Source of the DNA: an uncultured Planctomycetaceae bacterium
GTDB lineage: Bacteria > Planctomycetota > Planctomycetia > Planctomycetales > Planctomycetaceae
Length of the DNA: 64,000 nt
Direction: 5' to 3'
Assembly: GCA_963815195.1 (NCBI GenBank)
Contig: CAWFGE010000006.1
Span: 64,001 to 128,000 of the forward strand
Position numbers and translations under genes: made by a program. This document shows positions 40,115-50,908 of this stretch, piece by piece. A model generated the notes under the pieces. That model ran no database searches. It was given only the letters and a program-made list of their open reading frames with translations, and was not told the origin of the DNA. How positions within the stretch are numbered: position 1 is the stretch's first letter; each line of letters opens with the position of its first letter.

Positions 40115-40887
40115 GATGGGCGGGTTTGGGGGGTCTCGCGATGGTTGGGGTGAGGAAAAAACGGCACTTTTTTGAGCCACAGCTTGAGGGCTTGCCAATA
40201 GATCGCCGCGGCGACCTTGCCGGTCATCCACGGATGCCGGGCGAAGACGCGGGCCAACTGAAATCCCGTGATCGGCCGGCGGGACAGCAAAAACGTGACA
40301 TCAAACCATTTGGTGTTCTCGCGGAGGTTGTCGATGTGCACCGTCAAATGTTCGCCGGGTTCGCTGATCCGCCAGCGGTAGGTGTAGTCCATATCCAGAA
40401 ACGGCGAGACGTGAAACGCCTTGGGATGCTCGAAGCGGAGCAGTTGCCCCGCGCCCCGATCGGCGGAGCGGTCGAGCACGTAGCAATGCTCTTCGCCCCA
40501 GGGCGTGTTGTGGACTTCCGCCACGATGGTCTGCACCCTGGAGCCCTCGGCATCGAAGCAGTAGTAGAAACTCACCGGGTTCATCACGTAGCCGAAGTAG
40601 CGAAGATGCGTGAGCAACCGGATCGGACCAGAAGGCCGGCGGCCGGTTTCGGTTTCGACCCGATCGCGGACCGCGGCGTCCAATGGAACCTCCGGGTCGC
40701 CGAGATGATCTTCCCGGCGAAACCGCGCGGGGGCGACACGTTTCGTCGACCAGAACCAGCGGCCGCGGAAGACTTCGTCCAACTCCGCCAAGTCGAGGTA
40801 AAGCCAGAAACCGGAATAGGCGAAATCATGCGGCACCGGTAAAAACCGGCGATGCCTGACCCATCCGATATACAAACAGCTTTCCAT
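40111..40887 (-). CDS. DUF1365 family protein
   Basis: HRRF-P-HDF-Y, NPVSFYYC, EVHNTPWGE-H-Y, KAFHVSPF, IYWQALKLW. Confidence 0.9.
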   Translation of the reverse strand: MESCLYIGWVRHRRFLPVPHDFAYSGFWLYLDLAELDEVFRGRWFWSTKRVAPARFRREDHLGDPEVPLDAAVRDRVETETGRRPSGPIRLLTHLRYFGYVMNPVSFYYCFDAEGSRVQTIVAEVHNTPWGEEHCYVLDRSADRGAGQLLRFEHPKAFHVSPFLDMDYTYRWRISEPGEHLTVHIDNLRENTKWFDVTFLLSRRPITGFQLARVFARHPWMTGKVAAAIYWQALKLWLKKVPFFPHPNHRETPQTRPS

Positions 40888-41020
40888 CGCGGCCCGCGGC
40901 CTTTTGTGTTTGGTGTCTAGAACAGGTTTCCTAGTCTGAGCGGTGGGTGCACGCCTCGGGTCTCGATGAAGGGAAGTCCTTCAAAACCAAGACCGGCGGC
41001 TAACGCCCAGCCGCTCAGAT

Positions 41021-42316
41021 CTAAACTTCAACGGTCCGCACTGCGAACCCCACGCGTTCTTCTATCGCTTTCTCCAAGGTTTGATCGAAGGCCCGGCCGA
41101 CGGCCAGCGCGCTGTTGACGCCGTCTTCGTGGAAGCCGTTGCCCCAGTAGGCTCCGCAAAACGAGGTGCGGTTTTGCCGAACGAGTTCGCCGTGCCGAGC
41201 CTGCGCCGCGGCCCGCTTCGTGGTGTAGATCGGATGGTGATACGTCATCGTTTGAATAATTCGCGCGGGATCGATCGCGTCGGTTTCGTTCAAGGTCACA
41301 TTGAACACGTGCCGGGATTCGAGGGACTGGAGGATATTCATGTTGTAGGTCACCGTCGCGGCGGCGGTTTCGTCTTTTGGGAGATGATAGTTCCAACTTG
41401 CCCAGCACTTTTTCATCCTCGGCAAGACCGAGGGATCGGTATGCAGCACGGCCGTGTTCTGTTGATAGGGAAACTCGCTTAATACGTCCCGTTCCGTCGG
41501 AGACGCGTCCTCTAAGATGCGCAAAGCCTGATCGCTGTGGCAGGCGAAAATCACTTCGTCGAACCGCTCGGGCGCACCGCCCTCGGTTGCGATTTCCACG
41601 AAATCCGGATACCGAGTCGCGGACAAAACCGGACAATTCAAGCGGATTTGCTCCCGGAACCCGGCGGTGAGCTTGTCCACGTAACGCCAAGAGCCACCTT
41701 GGATGACGTACCACTGCGGGCGGTTTCGCAGGCTGAGCAAGCCGTGATGGTGATAGAATTCGACGATGAACCGCATCGGGAATTGCCGAAACACGCCCGG
41801 CGGACACGACCAAATGGCAGCGCCCATCGGCACCAGATACTGGCCGATGAACTCTTGGGAATAGCGGTGCTGCCGGACGTATTCGCCGACAGTTACCTCG
41901 TCGCCGGCCGTTTCCAACAGGGCCAGCGATTCGCGGTTGAACCGCGTGATGTCTTTGAGCATCCGGTAGAAGCCGGGGCGGAACAGGTTTCGCCGTTGGG
42001 CAAACAGCCGGTTTAAGGAGGTGCCGTTGTACTCGAGGCCGGTGCGGTCCGAGCGGACGCTGAAGCTCATCGACGTCGGCTGAATGGGGACCCGAAGATG
42101 GTCGAGCAGTTGGAGGAAATTGGGATAGGTGCGGTCGTTGCAGACGATAAAGCCGGTGTCGATGGCGTGCCGTTCGCCCTGCCAATGGACGTCCACGGTG
42201 TGAGTGTGGCCGCCGAGGTAGTCGTTGGCCTCGAAGAGGGTGACCTCATAATCGCGATGCAGCAGATAGGCCGCAACGAGACCGGAGATTCCAGAACCAA
42301 CAATCGCAATCCGCAT
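41021..42316 (-). CDS. FAD-dependent oxidoreductase (amine-oxidase-like, cfa-linked)
   Basis: IAIVGSGISG, LGGHTHT, DTGFIV, GAYWGNGFHEDG. Confidence 0.9.
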   Translation of the reverse strand: MRIAIVGSGISGLVAAYLLHRDYEVTLFEANDYLGGHTHTVDVHWQGERHAIDTGFIVCNDRTYPNFLQLLDHLRVPIQPTSMSFSVRSDRTGLEYNGTSLNRLFAQRRNLFRPGFYRMLKDITRFNRESLALLETAGDEVTVGEYVRQHRYSQEFIGQYLVPMGAAIWSCPPGVFRQFPMRFIVEFYHHHGLLSLRNRPQWYVIQGGSWRYVDKLTAGFREQIRLNCPVLSATRYPDFVEIATEGGAPERFDEVIFACHSDQALRILEDASPTERDVLSEFPYQQNTAVLHTDPSVLPRMKKCWASWNYHLPKDETAAATVTYNMNILQSLESRHVFNVTLNETDAIDPARIIQTMTYHHPIYTTKRAAAQARHGELVRQNRTSFCGAYWGNGFHEDGVNSALAVGRAFDQTLEKAIEERVGFAVRTVEV

Positions 42317-42699
42317 AGATTCGTTCCGCGTCACTTCCTAGCCCCCCATCTTGGGTGGGTGCGATTGTGTTCAGATCTATCGAGAGGAATTCAAATGATT
42401 CGGAAACCCAAGGGGAGAATGAGTGGGAATTCGATGGCGGGTTTGAATCCCCTGGGGGGATTTGATTGAAACACCAAAACACCCATTCAGGGAAAATTCC
42501 CCGATCAAGATTTGAGCAGGTTAGCATCAAGTGTCTGAAACAACAAGCAATCCCGGATAGTTGACGGTTTTATCTACAATTTGGTCTTGACGAAAACGCG
42601 ACTTTCGGGAACATTTCGCCCGAATGGACTCAAGTTTCGGCGTCGGGAAGCCGACGCCGCCGTGCCGGGCGGGTTCCGGTTGCCAAGGATGGTTTCCCC

Positions 42700-43374
42700 A
42701 TGAAACGCTGGCTAACGCATCTCACGATCGCGGCTTATCTCACGACCTTGGGGTGGGGACTGGTGTCGCATACGCTGCAGTTCGGCACGGGCATCCACCC
42801 CACGATGTATTTCATCGTGTGGGACATGTTCTGCGGCTGGGCGGCCTATTCCACCCGCAACCAGGTCATCGTCGAGGGCGAAAGCGGCAAGTTCTATGAG
42901 GTCCTCCCTCCGCCCTGGGGGGAGTACCGGCCCTACGGCAATCTGGGACGCCGGCATTACGACCCCTACCAAACCTTCTGCGCGTCGATGGCTCTGAACG
43001 TGCTCAACCACACAGATCACGAACCGGTCGCGCGGATTTTCGTGCTCGAAGAAGCCTGGCCCAAGAAATTCAACCTGCCCGACCCGCTCTGGGACGCCCG
43101 CTACGAAGAACCCAAGATGCCCCACCGCTACCGGCACGTCCGGCACGTCTTCACGAGCGACGGCGTCGTGCTCCAGTCGAACTCCAACTGGCTGACCACG
43201 CAAATGAATATGACGATGTCCAACAACCCCCGCTTGGAAGCCGAGTTTCGCAAAACCCGGCCGTTCGTGACGCTGGGCTTTAGCGAGATGGAGCAAAACC
43301 AACTCTTCCAACAGTCGGCCCCGTGGAACACGGGCGATTCGCCCCAAGTCAGCGGCTCCCCGCTCGGCCATTGA
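42700..43374 (+). CDS. Membrane-anchored hypothetical protein, HTTM partner
   Basis: N-terminal TM, WDMF motif; directly upstream of the HTTM gene. Confidence 0.7.
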   Translation: MKRWLTHLTIAAYLTTLGWGLVSHTLQFGTGIHPTMYFIVWDMFCGWAAYSTRNQVIVEGESGKFYEVLPPPWGEYRPYGNLGRRHYDPYQTFCASMALNVLNHTDHEPVARIFVLEEAWPKKFNLPDPLWDARYEEPKMPHRYRHVRHVFTSDGVVLQSNSNWLTTQMNMTMSNNPRLEAEFRKTRPFVTLGFSEMEQNQLFQQSAPWNTGDSPQVSGSPLGH

Positions 43375-43488
43375 TTCCGCGCGGAAATCACTCAGCCTCG
43401 ATGATCAAACACTCCGGCGAGCGGCCGGCGTCAGCCGGCTGATCATTCACAACGAACAACAAGCGCCCCAATCAACAAGGATGTCCCG

Positions 43489-45036
43489 GTGAGCATGAGC
43501 ACACAATCGTTTTCTCGGCAGGATGCCCGGATTTCCGAACGGATTCGCGATTTCTTCTATCGGGAGGAAACGCCGTTTTCGCTGGCGCTGGTGCGCATGT
43601 TGATGCCCCTGGTGCTGTTGACCGTGATGCTGCCCCGCTGGGCCACCACCCGCGAACTGTATTCCACCGACGGGGCCCCTTGCCCGTTGAGCACCGTCTA
43701 CGGATGGTGCAATATGCTGCCCCTGGTTTCCGGCGAAGTCATGGTGGTCTTGCACACCATCTTGATTCTCGCCCTCGTCGCCAGTTCGATCGGCTGGTGC
43801 ACGCGGATGTCGTTGGCCATCAGCACCGTGCTTTACATCTACCTCAATATGCTGGATTCCGTCAGCACGATCACCAAGTATTCCGTGATCGCGTCGCACA
43901 TCATGATTCTCCTGACCGTGTCCCCGTGCGGGGCGGTGTGGTCCGTCGATAGCTGGCTCGCGGGCTGCCGGCGGCGGAAAACCCTCTGGCCCGGAGAGCC
44001 AAGGGTGGCCTGGCCGAAGTTTCCCGTGTGGCCGCAGCGATTGATGCAACTGTTGATCGGCACCGTCTACCTGGGCGCCGCCATCACCAAAATGCACACG
44101 CCGGAATTCTTCAGCGGCGACCAGATCGTGTTCTGGATGCTCTCGAACGTGAACTTCTCCAATCCGGCCGGCGAGGTGCTCTCGCAATACCCCACGCTCG
44201 TCGTGGCGTCGGCTTACGTGACCATCGTCTGGGAAGTGCTGTTTTTGTTCCTGGCTTGGAAAGGCCTTGGCCGGCGGGTGATGATCTCGGCCGGCGTGTT
44301 CTTTCACGTGATGACCTTGATGACGTTGGGCTTATACACCTTCCCGATGGTTTGCAGCACGATCTACTTCTCGTACCTCGGGGAAGACGACATTCAGCAC
44401 TTCGCCGCCCGCTTCCGCCGACTGCGCAGGCGCTGGAAGTTTCCCGCCTGGAGCATAGGCGGCGCGGCTCCCGCCGTCGATAGGGCCCGGCTCATGTGGC
44501 GGTCTTGGGCCGTGTATGCGGGGGTGATGCTCCTCACCGCGACCGCGGGCCTCGTTGCGGAATACCTGATGGACCCCTATGGAATCCGCCGGCCCGAAGG
44601 CCGCTACACGCTCAAGGAGATTTCTCCCGAAGCCGCCCACCGCTGGTTTCAGCGGACGGAGCCGATTCGCGAGGAAGACAAGATCTTTTCCTTCGACGTC
44701 GGCACGATCTGCATGGGCGATTCGCTCGCCAACCGCCGCCGGGTCTTTCATCATGGGGAACTCCTCGTCGCGCAGGTCAGCCTGAATCCTCCGCACGAAG
44801 ACCTGTACATCGAATGCAACCTGCACGACGGGGAAGGCCGGCTGATGCACCGCTTGGGTTCGCCGATTCCCCGCGAGCGGTTCCGCGGCCATTTTAATTA
44901 CCGGCTGACGCCGTCTCTGCCGCCGGGCGAATACCAGTTGGTGCTCAACTCGAAAGGCAAAGAACTCTGCCGGCGCACGTTCCACCTCCTGGCGAACGAT
45001 GCCAAACCCGACGCCCGCGCCGCCTCGGCGAACTGA
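43489..45036 (+). CDS. HTTM domain protein (vitamin K-dependent gamma-carboxylase/SdpB-like)
   Basis: LALVR, GWCTR, WSVDSW, RLMQL..VYLGAAITK, FFH. Confidence 0.85.
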   Translation: MSMSTQSFSRQDARISERIRDFFYREETPFSLALVRMLMPLVLLTVMLPRWATTRELYSTDGAPCPLSTVYGWCNMLPLVSGEVMVVLHTILILALVASSIGWCTRMSLAISTVLYIYLNMLDSVSTITKYSVIASHIMILLTVSPCGAVWSVDSWLAGCRRRKTLWPGEPRVAWPKFPVWPQRLMQLLIGTVYLGAAITKMHTPEFFSGDQIVFWMLSNVNFSNPAGEVLSQYPTLVVASAYVTIVWEVLFLFLAWKGLGRRVMISAGVFFHVMTLMTLGLYTFPMVCSTIYFSYLGEDDIQHFAARFRRLRRRWKFPAWSIGGAAPAVDRARLMWRSWAVYAGVMLLTATAGLVAEYLMDPYGIRRPEGRYTLKEISPEAAHRWFQRTEPIREEDKIFSFDVGTICMGDSLANRRRVFHHGELLVAQVSLNPPHEDLYIECNLHDGEGRLMHRLGSPIPRERFRGHFNYRLTPSLPPGEYQLVLNSKGKELCRRTFHLLANDAKPDARAASAN

Positions 45037-45078
45037 CAATTCCCACGGCTTTTTTGCCGTTCACAATGCACCAGGATA

Positions 45079-47007
45079 TTACTTCTCCGGTCGGCTCAAA
45101 CCTTCCAGGTATGCGAGAATCTCCAGCACCTCGTCCCGGGTGAAGCGGTCCAAAAGCGATTTGGGCATCATCGACTTCGAGGACTTGACCATCTCCGCGA
45201 TCTTCTCCCGCGGAATGACCGTCGGCTTCGGAGCTTCCGGATTGACGAGCAGGCTGATGGAATCCTTGTCCTCCGCGGCGACGATGCCCGCCATCGGCAG
45301 ACCGTCCGTGGTGACCACGACCTGCACCTGATACTTCGGCTCGATGCGATGCGAGGGATCCAAAATCTCCCGGAGCACGCCCCGCCGATCGCCTTTCCAG
45401 CGCTTGAACACGTCCGTCAACTCCGGCCCCACCTGGCCGCCCGCGCCTTTGATCCGATGGCAGCCGGCACAGGTGGCTTCCTTAAACAGCTTCGCCCCGA
45501 TCTCCGGCGATCGGCCTTGTAGCCCCGCGTCCAAACCGTCCCGGAAATCTTCGATGGTCCACGCCTGGACGAACTCGCGGTTGCTGCCGATGGGGTCCTT
45601 GGGCTTTACCGGGGTTTTGAGCCAGGCGTCAAGATCGGGAACGACGACCATCACACCGTACATCCGCATCCAATGCCGGGGGAAAGTGCAGACGTAGGGA
45701 TATTCGCCCGGCTCCTTCGGCGCGGTGAAAGTCAGCCGTTCGAGTTTCCCCACCGGCACCATGTTCGTGGCATGCAGCACCTTGTCCGACTTGGGCACAT
45801 AAGGTTTGCCCTCGAAACCAGGATTCGGCCCCAACACCGCCCCGGCTTCCGCGACCTCTTGCAGAGCCCCCGGTTGCGTAATCACAAAATTGTGGGGCAT
45901 CAGGTCGTCGTTTTTTAACACAACCTGCACCGGCCGCCCGGCTTCCACCGCGAAATACGCCGTGTCGTACCGCATCTCTTCTTCGATGGTATGAATCTGC
46001 ACCACCCGCACCGTCACCGCCCGCAACCGCTCGCGGTAAACCCGCGCCGACTCTACCGGCAAGCTCGCCAGCAGTTGGTCGGCGAGTTGCATTGCGTTCA
46101 AAAAGTCCTCCGTCGTCCGCTCGGCCGCCGGTGTGGTCTCGGCCAATTCCACGAGAACCTTCGCAAGATCGGCCGCCGGGCCCGGACTGCGATGTTTTTG
46201 GGGAATCTGCAAAAGCGTCCGCACCGCGGCGGGACGAAATTCTCCATCGGACACAAAGGAAGCCACCCGCTCGAACGTCTCCGCCGGTTTTGAAGGCACG
46301 GCCGCGAGGCTTTCGATCGCCGCCTTTCGCACGTCGGACGGTTGCTGCTTGTCCAGAAGTTTCACCAGCGGATCCCACAAAAGCGAGCGTTTCTTGGGAT
46401 CGGGAATCAACCGCACCGCCTCCAACCAATCGAGCGTGGCCTCTTTCGATTTCGTCGCCAACGCCCAAGCCAGCGAACTGTCGCCCGCGACGATCAAGCC
46501 CGCATACCCCATCGGCCGCAGCAGTTTGTTCTCCGCTTTGGTCGCTTCCTCCAAAGCCGGCTTCTTCGCCGCGAGTTCCGGCACCGGCAATTCAAGCAAC
46601 ATCGCCGCCAGTTGCGCCGCGGTCCGCTGATCCTGCCGATCCTCGGCATCCAAAAGATCGACCGCAGAAACCAGTTCGGCAGCCGCATCCGATTTGTTGA
46701 TCGCCATCAGCCCGGCCAGCGCTTCGTCCCGATCCTGCCGAGCCATCCCGGCCCGCGTCAGAATCGCCATATAAACCGGCACGTACTTCGGATCATCGGT
46801 CTTCCGCTCCACCAACAACAGCCGCGCGTTATCCAGCCGATCGAGTTGAAACCAAACAATCCGCGGACTCTTATCCAAAAACACCTTAGGCGGCGGAACG
46901 GTTTCCTGCTTCTCGCCGTGTTCGTGATGCTCGTGCGTTTGCGCAGCGAGGTCGAGAAGAGAACAAGAGAAAAGCCCAGTGGCAATCAAAAGCAAAAATC
47001 GGTTCAT
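45079..47007 (-). CDS. HEAT-like + azurin/cupredoxin + cytochrome c protein
   Basis: Signal peptide; MPHNFV, YPYVCTFPRHWMRM (type-1 Cu site); CAGCH..GPELT heme domain. Confidence 0.85.
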   Translation of the reverse strand: MNRFLLLIATGLFSCSLLDLAAQTHEHHEHGEKQETVPPPKVFLDKSPRIVWFQLDRLDNARLLLVERKTDDPKYVPVYMAILTRAGMARQDRDEALAGLMAINKSDAAAELVSAVDLLDAEDRQDQRTAAQLAAMLLELPVPELAAKKPALEEATKAENKLLRPMGYAGLIVAGDSSLAWALATKSKEATLDWLEAVRLIPDPKKRSLLWDPLVKLLDKQQPSDVRKAAIESLAAVPSKPAETFERVASFVSDGEFRPAAVRTLLQIPQKHRSPGPAADLAKVLVELAETTPAAERTTEDFLNAMQLADQLLASLPVESARVYRERLRAVTVRVVQIHTIEEEMRYDTAYFAVEAGRPVQVVLKNDDLMPHNFVITQPGALQEVAEAGAVLGPNPGFEGKPYVPKSDKVLHATNMVPVGKLERLTFTAPKEPGEYPYVCTFPRHWMRMYGVMVVVPDLDAWLKTPVKPKDPIGSNREFVQAWTIEDFRDGLDAGLQGRSPEIGAKLFKEATCAGCHRIKGAGGQVGPELTDVFKRWKGDRRGVLREILDPSHRIEPKYQVQVVVTTDGLPMAGIVAAEDKDSISLLVNPEAPKPTVIPREKIAEMVKSSKSMMPKSLLDRFTRDEVLEILAYLEGLSRPEK

Positions 47008-47073
47008 GGCTTGGAATGGCGAAAAACGGGCGGACGATATTGTCTCAAACATTGGTCATTGGAGCTTGGTCAT

Positions 47074-49761
47074 TCATTGGTCATTCAGTTCCAACTGCCG
47101 CAATGTTTCTTCCAGCGTGTACTCTAGCCACTTGTCCGTGTCGTGGTTGAGGGATTCGAGCGCGGTCTCCGTCACGGCGTCGCCTTTGAGGAAACTCAAA
47201 GCCCGCACAGCTTCCAGGCGGACGCGGCCGTGGTCGTCGTTTGCCATTTTTTTCAATAGGGCCAAGGGCTTTTCGATCCGGTCCAGCCAATACGACAGCA
47301 CCCGCACCGCGGCGGCGCGGGCGCGGTAGTCCTTGGCGCTCAAGAGTTGATCGAGCAACTCGCGGTTGACGTGGTTGTGCGTCTGAGAAACCCACAAGGC
47401 TTCGAGCAGGTTGTGCTCGTAATCCTTGTCGCCGGGCGATTGCGTTCGGATCCATTTTTTCAGCTCCGCGATGACCTGGTCCGAATCCCGCTCGGCCAAC
47501 TCCCGGCGGGCGCGGTAGCGGGTGCGGTCTTCGTAGGCTTTAAGGAGTTCCAAAAGGGCCGGGATCGGTTCGCCGGCAATGTTTACGGGCTTGACCAAAG
47601 GCCGGCCGGAGTACGTCACCCGCCAAATTCGGCCGTGGCTGTGGTCGCGGCTCGGATCGCGGAGGTTATGCTGCAAATGGCCGATCAGGGCGTTATGCCA
47701 ATCGACGATATAGAGCGCACCGTCGGGGCCGAATTGCACATCCACCGGGCGAAAGTTGCCGTCTTCGCAGGACACCAGCGGCGTTTTCTCTTTCGCCCCG
47801 AATCCGGAACCGTCATCCAGCATGGACAGCCTGAGCACCGCCCGATCGCCGATCACGTTCGTCAGCAGAAAGTCGCCCTGGTCCTCCTCCGGGAAATTCC
47901 GGCTGGAGACGATTTCGCATCCCGCCGACGGCCGGGCGCACTTTTCGTAGAACGTGGGATAGGCGAGTCGGCCGCGCTGGTCTTTCTTTTTGAACTCGTT
48001 CACGCGGTCGCTTTGCGCACCGCCCACGTGCTTGTTGGGGTAGTCCATCTTGCCCGTGATGGGCGCGGCCCAATAGCTGTAGCCGGGCGAAGCATCGGCG
48101 ACGAAGTCCTGCCCCCAGCGGTCGAACACGTGCCCCCAGGGATTGGCAAAGGCGAAGTTGATGTAGGAGGCGAATTTCTCGGTGCGGGGATCGTACCGCC
48201 AGACCCCGGCTTCGTGCATGCGGGTCAAACCGTAAGGGCTTTCGATTTGGGAATACTTGAACGTGCCTTCCTGAAAATACAACCCCCCGCCCGGCCCCCA
48301 CTCGAACGCCGCGAGCCCGTGATGCGAGTCGGCGGTATCAAACCCCACAAGCTGCCGAACCCGCACGTCGGCCTGGTCGTCGCCGTTGGTGTCTTTGAGG
48401 AACAGAATATCCGGCTGCTGGGCGACAAACGCGCCGCCGCGGCCGATCTCAAAACCCGTCGGCTGATAGAGACCGCCCGCGAAGACTTTGCACTCATCCG
48501 CCCGGCCGTCGTTGTTGTGATCCTCAAAGATCAGCAGCTTGTCGTCGAGCTTCGTCTTCGGTTTCCAATGCGGATAAGACGCCATCGTCGAAACCCACAA
48601 TCGGCCTTTGTTGTCAAAGTTGAGAGCCACAGGATTCGCCAGTTCCGGGAACTGTTCTTCCGAGGCGACGAGATTGATTTCATAACCCGGCGCGAGCTTG
48701 AACAGCTTCCGCTGCTCTTCTGCGGTCCGATAATCGAGCGAACCGAGTTTCCCGGCTTTCTGGTTGGGATCGTTCTTCCCGCCCACGTTGGTTTTCGGCG
48801 TGATGAAAGGCAGCGTATTGCCGTCATCGATGTTTTCGGGAACCGGTTTGCCTTGGGCGATCGCCCAGATTCTGCGGTCGCGGTTGGCGGTCATTTGATC
48901 GAGAATCGCCCGCTCGCGCTCCATCACGTCGGTGTTGTTGTAGGTCCCGTCCGAGCCGGCTTTGCCGCGGGCTCCGTAAATCGAATACCCGTTCACCGCC
49001 CGGTAGCGATGCCACCAGTGGAAGTTCTTGTCATCGATGGCTTTCTTCAATTTGGGATCAAACGCCACGCCCTTCGCATGGAACAATCCTTCCATCAAAA
49101 TCGGTGCCAACGCTTTGTAGCCGGCGGCGCTTAGATGAACTGCATTCAGCGTCAGCCGTTCTTTCGATTCTTCAAACAGCTCTTTTGTCGGATGGAATAC
49201 ATCCACAAAACCCGCGCCGGTTTTCTCGGCGGCGTGTTTGAGGGCGGCGGTGTAGCGTTCCAGGTTTTTATTCTCGGCTTGGCCGTCGGGCAGGTTCGGG
49301 TCGCCGGTGTTCTCGAAAGCGATCGGCGAGATCAACACGACGCGCGGGTGATCGTTGCCGTTGTATTTTTGGTTTTTGGTGTGTTCCACCAAACGGATCA
49401 TCTCGTCGCGGAACGTGTCGAGTCCCTTTTCTCCCGCGAAGGATTCGTTGAACCCGAAGAAATAGAGCACCACGGTCGCCCCGCTGTGTTTGAGGTGGGA
49501 ATCGGGGTCGCCGAAGTTCTGGGAACGAATCCGCTCGAACGGCTCATCGCCGGGAAAGCACAGATTGCGAACGACGAGTTCCTTGTCGGGAAACTTTTTA
49601 TAGAGCAGCGTTTCCCAAGCATTCTGATGCTGCATCCGCTCGCCCAGCGCATTTCCCACCAGGCAAATATGATCGCCCTGCTTCAACTCCAGCACCGCGG
49701 CCTGGCAAAACATTGGAACGAATAAAACCGACAACGCGATAAGGAACAGGGTGCGAATCAT
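47074..49761 (-). CDS. SGNH/GDSL + PVC-type glucose/sorbosone dehydrogenase beta-propeller + HEAT protein
   Basis: GNALGER, FGFNES, LANPVALNFD-KGRLWV, FRPVDVQFGPDGALYIVDW, HGRIWR. Confidence 0.85.
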   Translation of the reverse strand: MIRTLFLIALSVLFVPMFCQAAVLELKQGDHICLVGNALGERMQHQNAWETLLYKKFPDKELVVRNLCFPGDEPFERIRSQNFGDPDSHLKHSGATVVLYFFGFNESFAGEKGLDTFRDEMIRLVEHTKNQKYNGNDHPRVVLISPIAFENTGDPNLPDGQAENKNLERYTAALKHAAEKTGAGFVDVFHPTKELFEESKERLTLNAVHLSAAGYKALAPILMEGLFHAKGVAFDPKLKKAIDDKNFHWWHRYRAVNGYSIYGARGKAGSDGTYNNTDVMERERAILDQMTANRDRRIWAIAQGKPVPENIDDGNTLPFITPKTNVGGKNDPNQKAGKLGSLDYRTAEEQRKLFKLAPGYEINLVASEEQFPELANPVALNFDNKGRLWVSTMASYPHWKPKTKLDDKLLIFEDHNNDGRADECKVFAGGLYQPTGFEIGRGGAFVAQQPDILFLKDTNGDDQADVRVRQLVGFDTADSHHGLAAFEWGPGGGLYFQEGTFKYSQIESPYGLTRMHEAGVWRYDPRTEKFASYINFAFANPWGHVFDRWGQDFVADASPGYSYWAAPITGKMDYPNKHVGGAQSDRVNEFKKKDQRGRLAYPTFYEKCARPSAGCEIVSSRNFPEEDQGDFLLTNVIGDRAVLRLSMLDDGSGFGAKEKTPLVSCEDGNFRPVDVQFGPDGALYIVDWHNALIGHLQHNLRDPSRDHSHGRIWRVTYSGRPLVKPVNIAGEPIPALLELLKAYEDRTRYRARRELAERDSDQVIAELKKWIRTQSPGDKDYEHNLLEALWVSQTHNHVNRELLDQLLSAKDYRARAAAVRVLSYWLDRIEKPLALLKKMANDDHGRVRLEAVRALSFLKGDAVTETALESLNHDTDKWLEYTLEETLRQLELNDQ

Positions 49762-49882
49762 AACAGTTGCCAATGAGTAAAAGTCGAAAGCCAAATCGAA
49801 GGAGACAAGAAAACGGAAGGAGTCCCGAACTCCATCCTCTAACCTCCATCGTCGTGTCGTCAGCCGCCAAACAAAAAAAACG

Positions 49883-50908
49883 TCACTTAGACTGACGAGC
49901 CTCCGGAAGAATGGGCGAATCCCAGCCGGCGATGTCGGCGGGCTTGACGTTCTTGCGGTGCCCGCCGAAGCGGAACGTCGTCGGTTGATAGGGGCCGACG
50001 AAATCGATGTTCGCGTCGGCCTCGACATCCTTTTCCATTCCGGCCGCCCAGAAACAGGCGTTGACGAGCATCCGGCGGAAGTCGTCGTTCAAAATGTCCT
50101 CCGAAGCACCGTAGGTCGTCGTAAACACCCGGCCCTCTTTGCCGGCGGAATTCTTGTAATGCCGAACCCAAACACCGGGGCAGGGCTTTTTGTCTTGGGC
50201 GACGGGGGAATCGATCTTCATGCCGTCGAGAGGTTGAGCGAGAGCGAGCACCTGGCTGTCCGCGAGCGGTGCGGTCCAATAGCCGCCCGCTTGGACCCAA
50301 GGCTGCGACACGCCGCGGAGGATCGGATGCGACTTCGCGTCATCCGCGAGAATCAGCCGCGTGCTCATCGCGTGGTTTTTGCCGTAATGACCGGCCCAGG
50401 TTTCGCCCAGAATCTGCCGGCCGAACCCACCGGGCATGTCCTTCTCTGGGTTGTTGTACGTGAACCGGGCGAACTCGGAGTTTTTGGGAATCTTGAAAGC
50501 GTGCGTCGATGTTCTCAAACCAACCACCGGCCCCGCGCGGTCCAGGTAATCCACAATCGGCTGCATCTGCTCTTTGGGAAAATCCTGAAAGCGGAGAAAG
50601 ATCACCATCAAGTCGGCGGACTTCAATGCCTCGGTGCCGGGCATGTGGCTGGAGCCCGGCAGGATGTCGCCAGATTTGGGATCGACCGAAAACAGCACCG
50701 TGCACTTGAAGCCGTGATGCTTCGCCAGGATGCGGGCGAGCGCGGGGAGGGTTTCTTCCGAGCGGTATTCGTGATCGCCCGCCAGGAACACAATGTGCTT
50801 GCCCTGGCCAATGCCCGAGGTTCCTTCGTAAACCACCGGCTGTGCAAACGCCGGCATCGAAAAAACCAAAATAGCCAACACCGGCAGACTTCGTTTGATC
50901 CACAACAT
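49883..50908 (-). CDS. ThuA-like domain protein
   Basis: Signal peptide; HIVFLAGDHEYRSEE, VGLRTSTHAF, GRVFTTTYG. Confidence 0.8.
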   Translation of the reverse strand: MLWIKRSLPVLAILVFSMPAFAQPVVYEGTSGIGQGKHIVFLAGDHEYRSEETLPALARILAKHHGFKCTVLFSVDPKSGDILPGSSHMPGTEALKSADLMVIFLRFQDFPKEQMQPIVDYLDRAGPVVGLRTSTHAFKIPKNSEFARFTYNNPEKDMPGGFGRQILGETWAGHYGKNHAMSTRLILADDAKSHPILRGVSQPWVQAGGYWTAPLADSQVLALAQPLDGMKIDSPVAQDKKPCPGVWVRHYKNSAGKEGRVFTTTYGASEDILNDDFRRMLVNACFWAAGMEKDVEADANIDFVGPYQPTTFRFGGHRKNVKPADIAGWDSPILPEARQSK

